Shown piece after piece: positions 60,705 to 64,000 of a stretch of 64,000 bases of DNA. A model generated the notes under the pieces. That model searched no databases and was not told where the DNA came from. It was given only the letters and a program-made list of their open reading frames with translations. Position 1 is the stretch's first letter. Every line of letters begins with the position of its first letter. The translations under genes and the position numbers were made by a program. Location of the stretch: positions 102,398 through 166,397 of the forward strand of contig CAZZBB010000068.1 in NCBI GenBank assembly GCA_964652195.1, given 5' to 3'. Source of the DNA: an uncultured bacterium (lineage in GTDB: Bacteria; Poribacteria; WGA-4E; WGA-3G).

Positions 60705-63700
60705 TTACTTCCTTATCAACATCTTCCGCGTGGCAGTGAAATCACCCGCACTGAATTTAACAAAATAGACACCTGTCGCCACCTTCTCACCAAGATTATT
60801 TTTACCATCCCAATGGGCTGCACGGATACGGCTTTGATAGATACCGACAAGTTTATGTCCTAAGTCTAATGTTCGTATCAACTTACCATCTGATGCATAG
60901 ATTGAAATGCTGACATTGGATGGGGTTGCAAGTTGATAGGGTATCCACGTCTCTGGATTGAATGGGTTTGGATAGTTCGTAAACAAACGCGTCTTTTCTG
61001 GTGTTACGAATTCGTTATCAACTGTACCATCTCTATCTACATCATACTTTGAGGATGGTGCCAGCAAAAAGGGGGCTACTGTGCCGGAGGGCACTGAAAC
61101 ATCACCCGGTGAAACCAAATTTGTTACAACAGTCTGGATATAAGTCCCTCTAATGTTACTCCCCAGGATTTTCCCTCGACTGTTCGTCCAATATATTTTG
61201 TTTTCAACCGTGTCAACGGAAATTCCGTAAGGCACTGCTAATACTGATATTAGTTCTTCAACATGACTGCCATCGAGATTAGCACTATGGATTTTACCTG
61301 CTGAATCACTGGTCTTTTCTGTCCAAAATACTTTACCAGTACCCACAGCGATTCCGCCCAGTGTTCCATAACCACCAGCAATCTGTCTAACACCCGAACC
61401 ATCAACGTTTGCAGATTGCACAGTGTTATCAGCTGTTATCCAGTATATTTTACCGGCACCAACCGCAATGTCTTTCGGATCGTTTAGATCTCTAATGAGG
61501 TTCGGCTTATATCCTGAACCATCAAGATTGATTGACTGCACTTTACCCCAGCCGTTTGTCAAGTAAATCTTATTATTAGCAGTGTCGACAGTTATACCCG
61601 CAGGTGTTGCTGTAAGATCACGAATCAACTGAATATTAGTACCGTTCAGGGCAGAACGACGAAGTCTACCGTTATTATTCCCTATATCCTCAACCCAGTA
61701 GAGACGCGTATCCGTAACAACAAGACTCACAACATTGTCCACACCAGGAGCAATGTCTTCTACACTGCTACCAACAAGACGATGCAGCGTGCCATTATCC
61801 GTGTTTATCCAATACATATAAGCTTGCTGTGAAAACGGTTCATTGTTTTTAAGATAGATTGTGACATTCGGATTCTTTTTCAAAAGTTCAAAGAGCGGTT
61901 TTCTGTTCTTAATTGGGTTTTCCACAAGGGATAAATTTACAAGATTTATTAAGTCTGTGAGTGGACGAACATCGCTAATTCGATTGTAGTTGAGAAGTAA
62001 TTGACGTAAATTCATTAATTTTTTGAGGGGTAGAACATCCGTAATCTAATTGGATGAGAGATTTAACCTTCGTAACTCTGTTAATCCCGTGAGGGGTATA
62101 ATGTCCACAATTTGATTTCCACTAAGACCTAAGAACGTAATTCCAGTCAAATTTGCCAAAGGTGTAATGTCTCTAATCTGATTTCCACTAAGAGTTAATG
62201 ACTTATTTCCAGTCAAATTTGCCAAAGGTGTAATGTCTCTAATCTGATTTCGATCAAGACCTAAGGATACCAGGTTCGGTAATTCTGTCAACAGAACGAG
62301 TCCCTCGTCCTTAATTTGATTGTAAGAGAGTTCTAAGCTTATTAAATTCAGCAATCCCGTAAGTGGTGTAATGTTCACAATTTGATTCCTGTGGAGGTAC
62401 AGGGTATCCAATCGCGTCAATCCTGATAGCGGTCTTATATCACTGATTTTGTTTCCACTAAGTATTAGCGAGCTCAATTGTGTTAATCCTGTGAGCGGTG
62501 TAAGGTCACGAATATCCCCGAACTTATAGTTGAAATCTTGATCAATGTGGATCTGACCAAGGTGTAAACGCTCAAGATTAGTTGCGTGTTGTAGACCGGT
62601 GAGGTCCCTTACAAACGCATCGGGCTTGCTTGATCCATAGTTATCCAGGCTCCCTAAACCCAACATATCCAGTTTCGTGATGTGACTTGAAGGGTCTAAG
62701 CCAAGGTTTTCCCTGATCATTGCTGCTAAATTCGCATCGGGTATTAACACAGGTTCGGAGTCCGGGAACAAAGCGTCAGTATCGAGGGAAAATATTTGAA
62801 ATGTAAAGTTGCCATACGCATCAATAACAGAAAGAACGACATATTCACTTGCGGGTGCTAATTCGGTCGTGATGAATTCAATTGTTTCACTGTTTCTGCT
62901 TAAGGATTGACAATCAATCAATGTGGTTTTGTTCGGGTCAAAACCCGGATTTCCTCGCCAAGAAAATGAATTCGTGAGCAGCTGCGCTTGATAGAGTTCC
63001 TGGGAATGCGTTATCTTAAACTGGAGTCGAACAGTATTGGGTGTAGATACAAAAGAGGGTGGGAGCATCTCAATCGTTGGGACTTCGCGAAAGGCATTAT
63101 GGGTCGTGTTAAAGTAGCGATGGGCATCCAGCCATTGGGCAGCGCAGTACGACAATTGGTCCGTGAACTCCTCAGGTCCGTAACCCATTATGTAGCGGTC
63201 ATCACGGAAATCGTGGGGCAATCCAAAGGCGTGTCCAAGTTCATGGGCAATGACATTAAAGGCTCTAAGACGATGTACTTTGGGTGCTATGTGAAAATCT
63301 AAGAGCGTAATGTTTGCAGTTCCTCCAAACGGGGAACCGCTGCCATTACCACCGACTTGGCCTGGAACTACACCCCCACCATTATCGTCGCCAACAATGA
63401 AAATAAGGTGAACAAAATGCTCGGACAAGTCAAAATGTTGGTTAATTTCTTGATGGGCTTTGCCAATTTTATCCCTAGAATATTCTATAGCACGGAATTT
63501 CCCTTTAACAAAGTGTCTCACCCTCTTTCCAAGCGTATTGGTTTCAAGCCTAAAAGTTTTTCTGCCAAACCCGTGGCGTTCCATCTCATCGGCATAAAAT
63601 TGCTGGACATCCTCTACCAAAGCGTCTAGCCTTGCATCCATATCCCGTGAGGGGTGACGGTCACTGGGGTGAAAGTAGATCTGCCGCACGACATATTCAG

Positions 63701-63788
63701 GCGATTCGTCTTGGGCAAAACTATTTGGCACAAACATGAGTGTTACAAGAGCAAATAGTGTGAATGTAAGACATAGTGTTGTTTTCAT
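60705..63788 (-). pseudogene. Secreted metzincin (HELGHAFGLPHD) - leucine-rich repeat - YWTD beta-propeller - T9SS C-terminal-domain protein. Interrupted by a single in-frame TAG at 62046-62048 (ORF-track pieces 62046..63851 and 60705..62015).
   Basis: Both ORFs are in the same frame. The LRR periodicity (L..L..L.L..N.I.DI.PL) continues across the TAG: '…RRLNLSSN*ITDVLPLKKLMNLRQLLLNYNRISDVRPL…'. C-terminal 'NYPNPFNPETWIPY…KMLIRK'. Confidence 0.5.
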
Positions 63789-63867
63789 GAGTTCGTTCTC
63801 CATATTGTGTAAGAGTGGTCTCTGTGTTTGTGGGAATAACACAGAAACCACTAGAATTTGGAAAATC

Positions 63868-64000
63868 TTACTTCCGTATTAGCATTTTTCGTGTGGCAGT
63901 GAAATCTCCTGCCCTGAATTTAACAAAATAGACACCTGTCGCCACCTTCTCACCAATGTTATTTTTACCATCCCAATGTACCGCACGGCTACGGTTATAA
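63868..64000 (-). CDS. 3' end (C-terminal ~44 aa, T9SS sorting domain) of a gene continuing beyond the window
   Basis: Translates to '…DFTATRKMLIRK*'. About 90% nucleotide identity to the 3' end of the 60705 gene. Confidence 0.55.
   Translation of the reverse strand, partial: YNRSRAVHWDGKNNIGEKVATGVYFVKFRAGDFTATRKMLIRK

Overview
This 64-kb window looks like a chromosomal segment (roughly 38-40% GC) from a Gram-negative bacterium. The strongest hint about lineage is that several large secreted proteins end in a 'Por/T9SS-type' C-terminal sorting domain with the motif ..NYPNPFNPETWIPY..KM(L/V)IRK. About 50 protein-coding genes are present and no rRNA or tRNA genes were found.

Recognisable housekeeping genes include hisD, murA, tyrA, cmk, plsC, ychF, a leuB/ttuC-like dehydrogenase, comM/yifB, an rfaE-like kinase and a UvrD-type helicase-nuclease. 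Interspersed with these are many secreted or surface proteins: metzincin- and HExxH-type proteases with beta-propellers and T9SS C-terminal domains, formylglycine-generating-enzyme (FGE)-family lipoproteins, a di-haem peroxidase, a membrane multihaem cytochrome with a tetratricopeptide-repeat (TPR) domain, cyclophilins, lectin-like proteins and a sulfatase.

The most notable observations are:
- selA (selenocysteine synthase) is clearly present. A two-domain rhodanese carries an in-frame TGA exactly at the catalytic-cysteine position, with rhodanese homology continuing for 44 codons downstream. This makes it a strong candidate selenocysteine (Sec)-rhodanese. TGA is otherwise used as a normal stop codon in this window.
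- Four otherwise unrelated signal-peptide proteins share a conserved extreme C-terminal motif, K-x-x-T-[TS]-W-[GA]-x-[LI]-K, followed by 2-3 residues. This may be a sorting tag.
- A 1048-aa metzincin-LRR-YWTD-T9SS gene is split by a single in-frame TAG.
- The long intergenic regions are packed with families of hairpin repeats (REP-like elements), including a conserved 'CCGTCCCTAY' core and a ~36-bp hairpin element. There are also two copies of a ~110-126 bp element with terminal inverted repeats (MITE-like), a 324-bp segment bounded by 22-bp inverted repeats, and a 1.4-kb non-coding region containing several perfect operator-like palindromes.
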